Below are positions 29,078 through 43,599 of a DNA stretch of 64,000 nucleotides, one piece after another (position 1 is the first letter of the stretch; each line of letters starts with the position of its first letter). The stretch lies in the NCBI GenBank assembly GCA_964016885.1, contig OZ024745.1, positions 68,324,001 through 68,388,000 of the forward strand, in the 5' to 3' direction. The position numbers and the translations under genes were made by a program. The notes beneath the pieces were generated by a model. That model made no database searches, had not been told where the DNA came from, and saw only the letters and a list, made by a program, of their open reading frames with translations. The DNA comes from Eledone cirrhosa (lineage: Eukaryota).

Positions 29078-29160
29078 AGCTGTTATCTACTGCCATAAAA
29101 CTGTTATCTACCGCCATAAAACTGCTATCTGCCATAATTAAAACTGCTATCTGCCATAAT
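29078..29160. repeat. 21-bp tandem repeat, ~4 units
   Basis: AAAACTGTTATCTACTGCCAT. Confidence 0.8.
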
Positions 29161-29976
29161 AAAAAGGAAATGAGATGAAATGCTGACGCTTCTTTTAACA
29201 AAAGAATTTATTAACTATAATAACCTACATAAAGAAATAACTCAGCTTTGCATTAATGACATGATAGTTAATCTTTGCCAAGAATATAAATATAAAACTT
29301 CCTGTAGAGACAGGGATTACGTCACCATGAATTGAATCTATAATATAGTTTTCATTCTTGAAGGCAATTTACGCCACTTGCAGACCAAAGAAAAAAATGT
29401 CCTTTAGTCCCTTAACCCCTTAGAAGATATCTCGACCTCATACAAACCCTCTTTCATCTCGCCTGAAGGAATATTTTGTTCATATATTGATTACTAACAT
29501 AGGTACAACGTCTCAAAGTTTTATTGCAGGAGCCTGAAACTATCAAAATGCTGCTGATATTGCTTGTGGAATCTTTATTGTGGTAGTTCGTTACAGAAAC
29601 TAGATTACGTACGAACCAGCGATGGAACAACTACATAGCTGTTCGATATGTTGAAAATAGCAATTAAATTTACCGCATGTCGCACCCTAATATTTGAATG
29701 CAATTCAATTCAGGCACTCAACGTTGTTTTTCTTCTAAATAAGATCTGTTAGTCGGTGTCAAAGTATATGTAGACTAAGGAAAATGCGAAGTTCAGTGTA
29801 GATGTTAAAGTGTCCTTTATTAACAAAGCTGTGATACATATTTCAATGTCGATCGTAGCTACGTGATTGTTTAATCATGTAACCAGTCACCTGATCTTAT
29901 CAGACAACATCATTATGTACCAGTAATGCACTGGGTAATTGCTGGCCTTGTGCCAAAAAGTAGAAACAATTATGTA

Positions 29977-30067
<91 letters not shown>

Positions 30068-30121
30068 TATATATATATAGACACACATATATATGTGTGT
30101 GTGCATATATATACATATATA

Positions 30122-30152
<31 letters not shown>

Positions 30153-30740
30153 GCACACACACGATATATATATGTGTGAGTGTGTACGTGTGTGTGTGTG
30201 TGTGTTCATGTCTGTGTTTATGACAGGTAACTTAGCGGTTCGACAAAAAAGATAAAATAAGTATTGGGATCGGTAAGATCGAATAGATCCCATAAAATCG
30301 GCGCCTCAGTATGAGTGATTGAAACTAGAAAAATAATAAAAAACATACAATTTAAAGTACTGTAGAAGAGAATTCTAATATCAACCCCCCTTGATAACCA
30401 ACTGTCTTCAATCAAATTTAGTGCCATATCTAAGCCCTCGATTTCTTTAAAATGGAATTGGGTGTTAACAGAAACATCCAATTTACCTATCAGTCTGAGC
30501 AAAAATTTGAATTAATCTTTATGAAATGTATTAATTTGATTAGTATATGCGTGGATAGATCTTTTGCTGTGAAGTTAACATTTTTGCCTTGAAGTCATGC
30601 GGCTTCGAGTACGATGACACTATGTGGTACTTTGAATTATTGTTTTCTAACGTAGCCTCTGGTTGACTAATAATACATCAATAATGAAATCTGCTAGACA
30701 GAACCTTTGAAGAAACCAACGATATATATATATATATATT

Positions 30741-30772
<32 letters not shown>

Positions 30773-30839
30773 TGTATGTATGTATGTATGTATGTATGTA
30801 TGTATGTATGTATGTATGTATGCATGTATATATATATAT

Positions 30840-31446
30840 GTCAGGTCACCAGTTGGTGCAACTTGTAACATGTATCCCAGTACAACCTGTCTCATGGTCG
30901 CGTCGTTGGCGACTAAACTGGCAACCCCCACCAATGTTTCTTGGTGAAAGGGTGACTTTGGACATCCTGCAGGACTAAAAACAAAACCTGTCAAAGGGAA
31001 AAGGAGCCCTTAAGATTCAATGGCCATCCAAAATCACCGGGAAAGATGACCCCTTAGCCTTTGTCAAGGCAGGATTCTAGGAGTATGGAAAACTCTGATA
31101 TAACACCTGCAACCCTGATGGTATCCAATGATGTTGACTTGTTCTTCTTTTTAGTAAATATCATCTTGGTTAGGAGAGTGGGACTGGCTTTGTGCAGTGC
31201 CTTTGCTCACTATAAAAGCTTCACGGCACAGGCATTGCTTTATATCTGGAGATCTCTCTGCACTTGTCATCACATGGTACCATGGGCCCAGCACTATGTG
31301 TCAATAATTGTCACAAGAATAGTGTTTGTACCAGAGTTTTCAAGTCACTGGCTGAACTAAAAAGTCACACTCGTTCAGCGCATCGGTAGGGGTTCTCCTA
31401 CATGGATATAAAGTAGTGGCCGTACTCGAAAACGAGTTGGCAGCCA

Positions 31447-31450
<4 letters not shown>
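30840..31450 (+). mobile_element. Internally deleted RTE-type element
   Basis: 5'UTR as at 12380, plus a 3' zinc-finger-coding end ([21 protein letters not shown]) and GCAGCCACCAT into (AT)n. Confidence 0.7.
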
Positions 31451-31490
<40 letters not shown>

Positions 31491-33344
31491 GCGTTTGTGT
31501 GTGAACGTTTGTATGTGTGAGCATATATGTGTGTTTGTGCGTGTTTGTGAGTATTAGAGTAGGTAAAAAATCTGTACATTCGTACAGGTATACACAACGG
31601 TAAATAAGCTCCAATAAGTTATTTTCTCTAACAAAACAACAATAACTGCTTCGATGGGATACGTATCAGGTAAAGTACAGATTCGATATATTCGTTTAAA
31701 AGTTTTGAAGGTGGTAAACGAGCAAGACAATCCTCTACCTGAAACCAGCGAAAGAAGAATACACTACTGATGGTTTAAGCAGCATGCTAACTATGTCGCA
31801 TCCCATCGCATTATTCTCAGTGTAAACGCGTTCATAAGGCCTCGGACAAATGTCAATTACCATCTCATTGGTTCCGCTCAAGACTTAGAACTTGGGAGTC
31901 CTTCAAATGAACTGTATCTATAATTAAATGAGCCAGTCATATTATACACTAGGTCATGCTCAATTTCCCTGAGAATTGCTTACATTAAGGCTACACATGC
32001 CTGTAGTATTCTCAGTCACCTGTACGTTGATTTCCAGGTGATCTAACAACTGGAACAGTCATTGTAGAAACTGACGGAGGTCCATACATTATTTTCGGTT
32101 TTAAATGATTTAAAATGCATTTCAGCAAATATTATGAGTTGTTATGAAAAGAAACAGTTGAGATAAAGTAGATCGATATCAATACTGCCATTAGGGCAGT
32201 CACATCACTTTTTTTTATATTACTATTGTCGATATTGTTTTATTGTTGTTGTTAACGATAATGATGCAGACGAAAACAATGTCGATTATTATATAATTCC
32301 TGTGGCAAATAAAAGAAACTAGTATTATTATAATTGCATTATTACGAGGAAAGCGATGGTTTACACTGTGAGAAAAAGTAAATAAAAAATAGCTCAATCA
32401 GTGTACTGTCCACAAATATACACCTTACACTGTTCTAGTTCTTACTATTGTAAGTCTTATTGAATATTTATAATAATCTATTTTCCCTTATAAAATCCGT
32501 TTTCTCCATTCTATTATTAGATCCTTTTCTTTGTCGTAAAACCTACTTTTACAGATCACGACTCTGTGTTAAGTACCATTGCAGTTTACTTAATCGAGAT
32601 AGAATTCCAATAGATATTCTGACGAAGCACTGTGTCAGCTAGAAGCCTTTCAATATTTACGTATCTATGCAGATTTTATATAACATTTTTAATGCAAATT
32701 GCTAATATTCCCAACAAATAAAAATGGTTTATGGACAATGATGGAACAATTGCAGACATTATTCTCTAAACGTTGCCAGAGATATCTTAAAGGCATTTTT
32801 ATTGACAACGACCTAGTGAAGACATTATAATGGAAAATGAATACATAATATATTCTGTTAAATAAAGCGATGACTTATAAAAAAGGATTATGAATATATA
32901 TCAGGTAAATGATGTTGCCTGACCTATTAAAGAATATTCACAAAGGTCGGAAAGGCTGGAAAGAAATGCAAGATCTTAGATTGAATAGAGTAATGATAAG
33001 GAAAGTCGTTTATTCATGAGTAATCAAGTATTCATTCTATGGCTTTTTTGACACTCGGGACAGCAGCAGTCTTTACAAGTTTGTGAATAGATCGTTTAAA
33101 TATTTAGCATAGTAAGTTTGCTCTTTAACCCCATAGCTTCCCTTCAAGCAAACATAATTCTACAATACTGGTATCTATAATAATAAAGATAAAGAAGTGA
33201 AAAGGAAATACTGACAGTTATTTTAACGCAGGATTTTATTAACTATAACAGCCTCCAGTAAGAAATAGTGTAGTTTTTCTATAAATTGTATGTTAAGCTT
33301 TCGCTGAAAATACGAATATAAAGCTGGGAAGCTCAAATTTAATA

Positions 33345-33523
33345 TTTGTTTCTACTTTTGGCACAAGGCCAGCAATTATTCCAGTGTGAAACTGGTACTT
33401 TATTTTATCAACCCCGTAAGGATGAAAGGCAAAGTTAACCTCGGCGGGATTTGAACTTAGAATGGCAAGGGCCTTAACTCTTTGCTGAAAAGCATGGCGT
33501 CCGACCCTCTACCGATACTGCCA
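33345..33523 (-). mobile_element. SINE-1
   Basis: Matches the family consensus. Confidence 0.85.
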
Positions 33524-34187
33524 TAATATTATTCTTGTAACAAGGCTTAAAATAAAATAATTGCAGCGAATTGGCGTTACATCAGCGAAAAAATACGTTG
33601 TTGTATTTATTCCGACCCCTTGTATTCTGAAGGCTAACTTTGTATTCTAAAAGCTAACTTTGCTCTTTATTTTAAATTAAAGCATCAGTTTCGAGTCTGC
33701 AACCATTTTTACCGGCTCTTCACGTCCTGATATCAAAACTCACCTTGTCTTGCTTAGGTCGTAAACTTAATTTGGCGCTCAATTTAACACAAAAAAAAAA
33801 CTGGCGATGGGTCTTGCGACCTATCCTAGGAGGCGTGGGATGAACGCAGAAAGATTGCATATCCCGAGACCCCAAAGAGGGTTCGGAAGGGAGAAATCCT
33901 TGACAAATGCAAATCGCACAGATAGATGTGACGTCATAAAATATACCAGTTCTACTATCTACAACACACTGGCGAAGGTGACGGACGAGCAAGGTTCTGC
34001 AAATAAGAATTTGACAACGATATCACAAGGAAATAACAACTACTGCGTTGTTACTACTGATCCTCTCTCACCTTTCCTTCTTCATCTTCCTCCCCTTCAT
34101 TTCCTACTCCACTCCCCCTCCTCCTCCTGTTGGTGTTAGCACTGCTGCTTTTGAGAATGATAACGACGGCGGCGGTGATTATGAATA

Positions 34188-34376
34188 TAATTGTTTCTAC
34201 GTTTGGCACAAGGCCAGCAATTATCCCAGTGCATTACTGGTACTTTATTTTATCGACCCCGTAAGGATGAAAGGCAAAGTTAACCTAGGCGGGATTTGAA
34301 CTCAGAATGGCAAGGGCCGTCGCTCTATGCATCAAAGCATGGCGTCCGACCCTCTACCGATACTGCCAATCCACCA
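34188..34376 (-). mobile_element. SINE-1
   Basis: Matches the family consensus. Confidence 0.85.
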
Positions 34377-34379
34377 TAG

Positions 34380-35560
34380 TGATGATGTTATTGTTGTAGT
34401 TGATGATTAAGATGATTACGATGACGAAGACGACGATAGTGATAAGGATGCTGCTGCTGATGATGATGATGATGACCACGACGACAATGATAATGATGTT
34501 GATGATGACGATGATGACGATGATGACGGTGGTGACGATGATGATGATGATGATGACGATGATGACGGTGACGACGATGATGATGACGATGATGATGGCG
34601 ATGATGATGACGATAATGATGATGACGATGAGGATTGCGACAATGATGATGATGATGACGATGATGATGATGATGATGACGACGATGACGATGATGATGA
34701 CAATGATGATGATGATAATAAGGATGATGATGATGATAATGTTGACGATGATGACGATGATGATGATGATGATAATGTTGACGATGATGACGATGATGAT
34801 GATGATAATGTTGACGATGATTACGATGATGATGATGATGATAATGTTGACGACGATGATGATGATGATGATGATAATGTTGACGATGATTACGATGATG
34901 ATGATGATGATAATGTTGACGATGATGACGATGATGATGATGATAATGTTGACGATGATTACGATGATTACGATGATGATGATGATGATAATGTTGACGA
35001 TGATTACGACGATGATGATGATGATAATGTTGACGATGATTACGATGATGATGATGATGATAATGTTGACGATGATGACGATGATGATGATGATGATAAT
35101 GTTGACGATGATTACGATGATTACGATGATGATGATGATGATAATGTTGACGATGATTACGACGATGATGATGATGATAATGTTGACGATGATTACGACG
35201 ATGATGATGATGATAATGTTGACGATGATTACGATGATGATGATGATGATAATGTTGACGATGATTACGACGATGATGATGATAATGTTGACGATGATTA
35301 CGATGATGATGATGATAATGTTGACGATGATGATGACGATGATGATGATGATGATAATGTTGACGATGATTACGACGATGATGATGATGATAATGTTGAC
35401 GATGATTACGATGATGATGATGATGATGATAATGTTGACGATGATTACAATGATGATGATGATAATGACGATGATTACGATGATGATGATGATGATAATG
35501 TTGACGATGATTACGATGATGATGATGATGATAATGTTGACGATGATTACGATGATGATT
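34380..35560. repeat. Complex (GAT)n satellite with ~30-36-bp higher-order unit
   Basis: GATAATGTTGACGATGATTAC(GAT)n repeated more than 20 times from ~34730. Confidence 0.95.
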
Positions 35561-35831
35561 GAAATGTATAGCGGTGTTATAGAGATAAGTTCTGTAATAT
35601 TTACACAAGTAGCCATCTTTAAAAGCAGCCACATAAACATTTTGCTTTGTTCTCTTCTCCAAGGTGAAGGATTTTAAAATAAATTACTGCCTGATGGCAA
35701 TAAAACTGTAGCAGTTGTATTAAACTAGGAATCTGAAGATTAGCTGTGTCATACACAGCTATGTTATGAATCTGAAGAACATTAACATCTTGAAACTACA
35801 AGTAAATTCCATTAATGACAATTACGAGCTA

Positions 35832-36027
35832 TAATTGTTTCTACTTTTGGCACAAGGCCAGCAATTACCCAGTACATTACTGGTACTTTATTTTATCACC
35901 CCCCCCCCCCCGTAAGGATGAAAGACAAAGTTAACCTCGACGGGATTTGAACTCAGACCGTAATAGGACGTAACTATGCTAGAAAGCATGACGTCCAACC
36001 CTCTACCGATACTGCCAAATCGCCGCT
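35832..36027 (-). mobile_element. SINE-1
   Basis: Matches the family consensus, with a poly-C expansion. Confidence 0.85.
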
Positions 36028-36193
36028 ATAATACATTTTAACATGCTGATGCATCATCATATGAACGTTTAAACGAAAATATGTTTAATTTTGTTCATTT
36101 CTATTTTAAAGAGGTGTTTCGAAGGTGAGCTATGAGCTCCGGCTTACCGATATCATGGTGGAGGTCATGTCGAAATAATTACCACTCCAGGTT

Positions 36194-36525
36194 GAAGGTG
36201 TGTGGCTTAGTGCTTAAAGCGTTCGGCTTCGGTTTATGATTGTAAGGTCGTGAGTTCGATTCCCGGCGGGGCATTGTATTATTGAGCAATATATTATAAT
36301 TCTATTGTTTCGGTCAACTCAACTGGAAAAAAAAGTGTGGTTTACATATAATTCAAAGGACCAGCTTTGTACCATACTATGTCATGCTGAATCAACCTGA
36401 GAACTACATTAAGGATGCACGTGCCTGTGAAATATTCAGATACTTGCACGATAATTTCACAAGTTGGCTGTTCCACTGTTCGAACAACTGGAATACTCGT
36501 CGTTGGAACCAACGGAGATCCAACA
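36194..36525 (+). mobile_element. tRNA-derived SINE-2 (also ~53455-53802; fragments 31900-32085 plus, 23690-23870 and 48030-48085 minus)
   Basis: A-box TGGCTTAGTG, B-box GAGTTCGATTCC, CORE-like segment, and tail AATTCAAAGG.CCAGC..GCTGAAT..CTGAGAA..AACAACTGGAA..AACGGAG. Confidence 0.7.
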
Positions 36526-38339
36526 ATAACCAGTCCAGAATTGGTAGAGCATCGGTGTAGATGCATTGCGGAACTTATTGTGGTTCTTTAGATTCTGAGA
36601 ACAAGTAATAGTGAGGTCTATATGGATAGTAGAATTAATTCATCGTTTGGTTCATCGCATCTAGCTGGTCAGTGGGTGTCTTTAGCAGAACCTACACTGT
36701 TGGAAGTGTTTGGACCAGGCCTTTGGTTTGACGATAACTTCTTCACTTCCCAACACTAGCCTCGGAAATAGTGAGCATTTCTTGAGTACTGCTTTTCTCT
36801 CTGAATAAACAGTAAACAAAATATAAAACAACTCAGAACGTTGTAATAAATTACTCAAATCGTTTTACCCAAATATCTAATGATTCCTACTAAGAATATA
36901 TATTGGTGAAGATTTTATCGACTAATTTCTACCCACAAATCTTTTGTCCTTCAGTATATTTTAGGATTCAAAAGTATTGTCCATGATGTCAAACATTGAC
37001 ATTTTTTCGGTTATTTGTATTACTATATTTAGTTAGCTTTTTGGGGGTCCTGAGTTCAAACTCCGTCCAAGATTCCCTTTGCAGTTCATCCTTTCGGAGT
37101 TGATGAAATAACTAAAATAGAAAATGTTCTATTTCAAGATAGTAACATTTTATAAAAACACAAGTTGGCTTAAAAACATAATTACATGAAAAAGAAAGAT
37201 AAAAACAAAATTAAGTAATGAGAAAAAGGGGTGAAGAAGGGCAGATCTGGCTGTATGGACGAGTAGAGGAAAGAACTATAAATGCCATAAATAAGAGGAA
37301 AAGGAGGGAAAAAGCAAGGATTCCTGGGCCACAGAAGAAACGGGGTGGGTGAGGCGCTCTGGGTTTACGGTGGTAGCAGTCAAGTAGTGTAAGTTGATTT
37401 AATAACCAGCAGGTAAATAACGAAGGTTGATTTAAATCACCATTCTTATCAAGCAACGTTGTGTCCTTGTGTAATTGTACCGCTGTTGGATATTATATTA
37501 TATTATTACTGTAAACGCTTATAGTTATTATCGGGGCTTCTGTGATTTTGGGGAGGAAAGGTGAAAGTTATTCTCAAACCGGAGATCTGATCCAAATGTT
37601 TAAACATAGGGAACTACACTAAATGAATCCATGAGCCTGGTGAGGATCCCTTTGGGTAGTAGATAGCTTATGTCTACCATCCAAATTATACTACGAACTG
37701 TTAGGGAAAACACACATACTTACATACGCATGCATTCACAAAGACACACACACACATATATACACACACACAGAGATACACACACACACACACAAACATA
37801 TACAAACACCAACACGTATGCACACACAACGACGCACATCATACATGCTTACAAACATACATATACACATGCATAATTATATACATACGTACATACAAAC
37901 ATACAAACATACATACACACAAACAAACTAACACCAACACGCACACATTCACAAATACACAAATACACAGACACACAGCTCTGATATATTTTACATCCTC
38001 TTGTTATTAGCAATGACTAATGTTCGTATTTAGAAGTATTTCTGCGTCGCTAGGTGTCTAATGAGATAGAGATTATGACATGATACAAGGTTATAGAGAT
38101 GTTATAATGAGCCTATTGTCAGATTATGTACATAAGAGAGACGTCGTTGAGATTGAAGCAAAAGATGTGCTAAAAATAGTTGTATGAAGATATGAAATGA
38201 TATAATCTTATAGTAAACAATATATGATATAGTAACACGTATATATTATAGTATAGAAAAGTACTTCGTTATATACATATACATGTTTATGTTTGTGAAG
38301 GTATGTATGTATGTTTTGTTTGTGGCGCGAGAGACTCCT

Positions 38340-38662
38340 AGTCTTCATTAAGACATCTCTCTATAAGAAGGTCACCATGATATAAAACCTGCGACTTCGT
38401 TTGCATACAATGATGTAGACCAGTTCTACTTTTTGGATAAATGCATTTGATGTTCAGAAAGTGGTATTGGCTCCGTGTAAAGCCTTTCCTCACTTAAAAA
38501 AGCTTCAAGCACAGGCATCGTTTGATATGTGACATTTGTTTGCGATGCATGTCATTGCTGGCCATAGGTAAATCCATAGAAGGGCTAAAAAGACACGTTC
38601 GTGTTGCTCATGCTTAAATATCAAGCGATGGCATTACTCAAAATCGAAATGCAGCCATCATG
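38340..38662 (+). mobile_element. Internally deleted RTE-type element, degenerate
   Basis: ATAAAACCTGCG..CACTTAAAAAAGCTTC..CACAGGCAT..GCAGCCATCAT. Confidence 0.6.
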
Positions 38663-39069
38663 TATGACTGATGTTTGTATGTATGTGTTAAAGCTGTTCA
38701 CGATTTGCCGAAGGACGACGAGAGGTAACGATAGGTGCCAATGTAAGTGTACAGCGAGTACAAGCGAGTAAATATATATATATATTGAAAATCGACAAAA
38801 AATCGTGTATCCGGTAAAGTGAGTTATTGTAAATAAACCTTCCTCAAAGATCTAAAGTGTATTTTCAACTTTTTCTTTTAATATTCCTAATCGTGTGGAA
38901 TATAAAGAAAACTTCCTTTCCTATAACACACACACACACACACACACAACACGTGTGTTGTGTTGAAGCGAATAACTATGTGTGTACTCTGTATTCTACA
39001 TTATCTATTGAGTACGCTGAAATGCAACCGGTCCTGGCATTGTTAAATACGCCGGCTCCGTCAACTTCT

Positions 39070-39168
<99 letters not shown>

Positions 39169-39215
39169 AAGGAAAAGCGAAGTAGTTTCAGATGTTCAAG
39201 TCTTTTAATAATAAT

Positions 39216-39289
39216 GCTGTGATATATATTTCAATGACGACACTGGCCACACTGTTCTGTGTGCGAGTGTCGCGACATCGTCAGACAGC
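39216..39289 (-). ncRNA. Type I hammerhead
   Basis: GCTGT-CTGACGA-(CGACACT..CACAC..GTGTG..AGTGTCG; 45 nt)-GAAA-TATATA-TC^ACAGC, about 50 nt from (TA)n. Confidence 0.8.
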
Positions 39290-40470
39290 TTGTTACATAA
39301 TAAGGTTATATTTCCAAGGCAATCCAAATTGAATCGACATGGGAACGGACGAAGTGTGTGCTTTTGGGTTCTTCATCCGTTCCCCTGTGAGTACCAATTC
39401 ACCCCCACCGGTCTGCGCAGGCGCATATCCAAAGGAAGTTGACCATTAGCTACCGCAGATTTCAACGAAATTCGCTTAGTCAGTTCCTCCTCTCATCCAA
39501 ACAATGACCCATTCAGGCCTGTACCATAGTTTACTGCTACCCATCCCGTCTGTGGCAGTCAGCCGAAAGTCAGAGGGGATGGGAGAGTGTTAGTATTTAC
39601 AGGTCACAATACTACCTCTCACCAAGCATGGACAGTACAACTGACCATCAACCCCTAAGAGAAAATATACTTAATTCTAGGTATCATGGTTTCACATTGG
39701 AAGTTATGAGTGAGAGTTGGAAATAAAAATTAAAATTTAAAATCGAAAATCCTAAATCAAATATCAGAAATTATAAATTAAAAAATTAACAATTAGAAAT
39801 AAAAAAAAATTTCAAGTGAGAATCCGGATTGAGGTGAGTAAAAAAACATATAGATTAAAGTGAGTAAATAATATGCAGAGAGCTGTTTAAATAAGAAGTT
39901 CTGAAGGGGGCACTAATGTCACAGTTACACTATCCACATATTGAACGATAGTGCCGTGCACCAGAACGGAGGGTAAATTACAGTATTAAAGGCAGTATTC
40001 AATCTGTTACATAGTCATAATTTCCATCACATGGAACCCCCCCCCCCCAAAAAAAAAACAGATATAAAGTATACAAAAGAAAAGAGCCAATAATGAATAA
40101 ATGCAAAAACACAGAGTACATATATGCAAAATGATCCATATGATTGTCAATTTGTCCATGTATAGATTGAATTGAGGGGGCTTCTGTTCAAATGCGATTT
40201 GGTGCAGGAAAATAGGGGTTTATCTTAGTTTTTGTTTCCGCGTATTTATTTATCCTGCCGAAAGCTATTATTATGTCCGTCCAGTGTCAGGGGTTTCCAT
40301 CCCCATGGTAGAGGGAATTCCCTGGTGTAGCTCGTGGTTGGTTCCTCTCTTCTCCACCATATCGGTTACATCATAGAGCGCTCAACTAATTGGGGCTAAA
40401 TTCTTAGGGTAAATATTGATGCAATTCAATTTAAGCACTCAACGTACTTTTTCCACATAGGAGTGACGGA

Positions 40471-40527
<57 letters not shown>

Positions 40528-40876
40528 TATACTATAAATTATGTCCTTAGAATCATTTGATAAGATATATACTTTATTTCCTCTCCCAATTAGCATAATC
40601 AACCACACAAAAAAAACAATTAAACCAGGCTATAAGTTATATAGATAGATCGATAGATAGAGAGATGTAAAGTGTGGCGTCAATATGTTATATATGTTGT
40701 ATATTGTATATGTTGTTAGAACAGCAGATAAAATACTTTGCGCTATAAATATTGGCTCTCGCTCTGAGTTCAAATCTCACCGCAGTCAACTCTTCCGTTC
40801 ATCTTTTCAATATCTCAATATAAAAAGTACCGGTCCAGTACTGCGATCAATCTTTCTTCTATATCTTTTCCCCCCT

Positions 40877-40921
<45 letters not shown>

Positions 40922-41608
40922 TCTCTCTCTCTCCCTCTCTCTCTCTCTTCCTGGAAGCCATCGGTTGAGTTATGACCTGGGCAGGAGATGAACTCTAGTA
41001 GGTATAAAGTATGTCACAACGGCTCCACTATAACTTTATTGGAAGTTATGGGTTCATCATTATGCAGTTACCATTAGTCACATATTGTTTCTGTTTTACT
41101 GTCTCTTTTCTACTTTCTCCTCTTCTACCAACTTTACAGTTAATATTATATAATGTATATATAATGATATCAATTTAAAATGTATATGATGTAACTTCAA
41201 AATGATAGGGTATTTGATAATGATATCACGAACAAATATTATTATTGTTATAAAAGTATACAACATTTTTATACAAAGATTTAAAATGAGAATGTAAATA
41301 TTACTTTTGTTAGTAAGATGGTGAGTTAGATAATCCTAATATCCAAAAAAAAGAACGAGAATAAAGAAAATTGGATATTTAATGAAATACAAATATAAGA
41401 AAAGCTAAAAACTATCAAGGAATTACAGAATTCTCTCTTTGACATATTCCAGGAAATTTACTTCTGACAAGTAGAGCAAAAATAAAAGACAAATGATGTT
41501 CATATTGGAAAGAACATTAAAAAAATATAATAATATTAATAACAACAACTGCATAATAATATAAACAAAAGTAACATATAATATAAATATATATATATAT
41601 ATATATAT

Positions 41609-42418
41609 ATCAAAATGAAAATCCGAAGGCATGGTAAAATTCCAATCATTTAATTACGACACATGTTTCAATAAGAGATAGATCGATTGTGAAGCCATGA
41701 TCGATTATCACTGAACTCATCAGGTGAAAATGAATTGTCTCCAAATTCTTGATATGAGGGAGAAAAAATAACGATGTTCTCTCACAGAATTCATTCCCTC
41801 ATATGGAGACACACCAGTCAGTCAGAGACATGGCGACTGCTATTAGCTTTAGTTGAGGTCATAAAAGTTTCCAGATTTCTATCGCTGCAAAAGACGCTGG
41901 ACATCAATCAAATCTGTAGGGATACAGTCAGTCACAGTTAAAAGTGAGTGGGTACACACACACTCCACACCTACATACATCGGCTCGAGGTCAAAGAAAA
42001 ATATATACATATATATATATACACACATCAACACAGTATTAAACCCGTAGAATTAGCACACTTTCACACACACCGAAGCGATGTCCGAGAAAAAACAAAT
42101 ATAAAAATGTACCAACACAGCACTCACCGAAAGTTAGTTCACAAAGCAACAGAAGCTATGTCGGTCAAATCTCAATTTGACGATGTAAATTGGAAATATT
42201 GGGTTAACCAAAGCTTATTGAAACATGTGTCGTGATTAAATGTTTGGAATTTTACCTTGCCCTCGGATTTTCATTTTGATACTTATACTCCGTTTTACAT
42301 CATCTAGCTGTTCCCTCGAATGGAATTGGAGATATACAGAAGCGTGGAGAACTTAATATTGCTAACATAAAGTTATTGGACCATTTTACACAACCGATAA
42401 TGCACCTTACTATATAAC

Positions 42419-42420
<2 letters not shown>
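41609..42420. mobile_element. Family L fold-back with HHR at 41652-41729 (minus)
   Basis: 41609-41674 is inverted at 42215-42281. TCAC-CTGATGA-(47 nt)-GAAA-CATGTG-TC^GTRA. Confidence 0.75.
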
Positions 42421-42451
<31 letters not shown>

Positions 42452-42453
<2 letters not shown>

Positions 42454-43501
42454 AATATAAAGATTTACATATACATAAAGTCAAAGATATATATGTGGCA
42501 ACCGGTCACGTTGTGGCTCAATGAAGAATTAATAAATTAAATAATCAGAGCAATATATCATAAATCATGTCCTTAGAATTATTAGATAAAATATATACCA
42601 TTTCCTCTCCCAATTAGCATAATTAACCATATAAAAAATCAATTAGACCAGGCTATGGTCTAATGCTGCTGAAATGCTGGGTAAATACTCTACTGGGGTC
42701 ACCGCGAAGAGGCCGCTTTCGGTTATTTATCAAATATTTCTTCATAGGAGCCTTTATTCTTATAGCCTGGTCTAATTGATTCTTTATATGGTTAATTATG
42801 CTAATTGGGAGAGGAAATGGTATATATTTTATCTAATAATTCTAAGGACATGATTTATGATATATTGCTCTGATTATTTAATTTATTAATTCTTCATTGA
42901 GCCACAACGTGACCGGTTGCCACATACGTATCTGTGACTTTATGTATATGTAAATCTTTATATTTAATAATCTCCTGTTGGGTTGAGATGCAACTGGGCG
43001 ATATTGGGTTGCGCTTTCTAACAACCAGCCTACTCGCTGTAAGCAACTAATCACATTCTTTCTAACTTGACCACTGCCACGTCACGATTCTTAGCCATTT
43101 TGAATCTATTTTTGGCGCGATCGCTTTGGAAAATTAACTGTCCAACTGAGTTTGTCTCCCGATGAGCCTGTTACTCTAGGTTCATCCTTAATAGTAGGAT
43201 ATCTAAAAATGCGGACGAAACCATGGTAGAGATGTAATTACGGTATGTACACGTTTCTTCTAAGTTTAAATTTACACCTAATTGTGTATGGTTGACGGTA
43301 TATTTAGTCAGTTTCTACATGCTATTGAAATGCTGGTTAAATACTCTACTGGGGCCGCTTTCGGTTATTTATCAAATATTTCTTCATAGGAGCCTTTATT
43401 CTCATAGCCTGGTCTAATTGATTTTTTATATGGTTAATTATGCTAATTGGGAGAGGAAATGGTATATATTTTATCTAATAATTCTAAGGACATGATTTAT
43501 G

Positions 43502-43506
<5 letters not shown>
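42452..43506 (+). mobile_element. Family G non-coding HHR element: inverted arm plus partial tandem of a ~650-nt unit
   Basis: 42452-42655 is inverted at 42761-42965; 42663-42864 is directly repeated at 43319-43506. A further fragment lies at 40536-40640. Confidence 0.85.
43154..43233 (+). ncRNA. Type I hammerhead, CCGATGA core
   Basis: GTCTC-CCGATGA-G(51 nt)C-GAAA-CCATGG-TA^GAGAT. Confidence 0.72.
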
Positions 43507-43595
<89 letters not shown>

Positions 43596-43599
43596 GATA

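Noticed and set aside
33807-34050. ERLHIPRPQRG resembling a non-LTR RT motif; similar weak hints at 24470-25530
   Set aside because: Too short and degenerate to call without a search.
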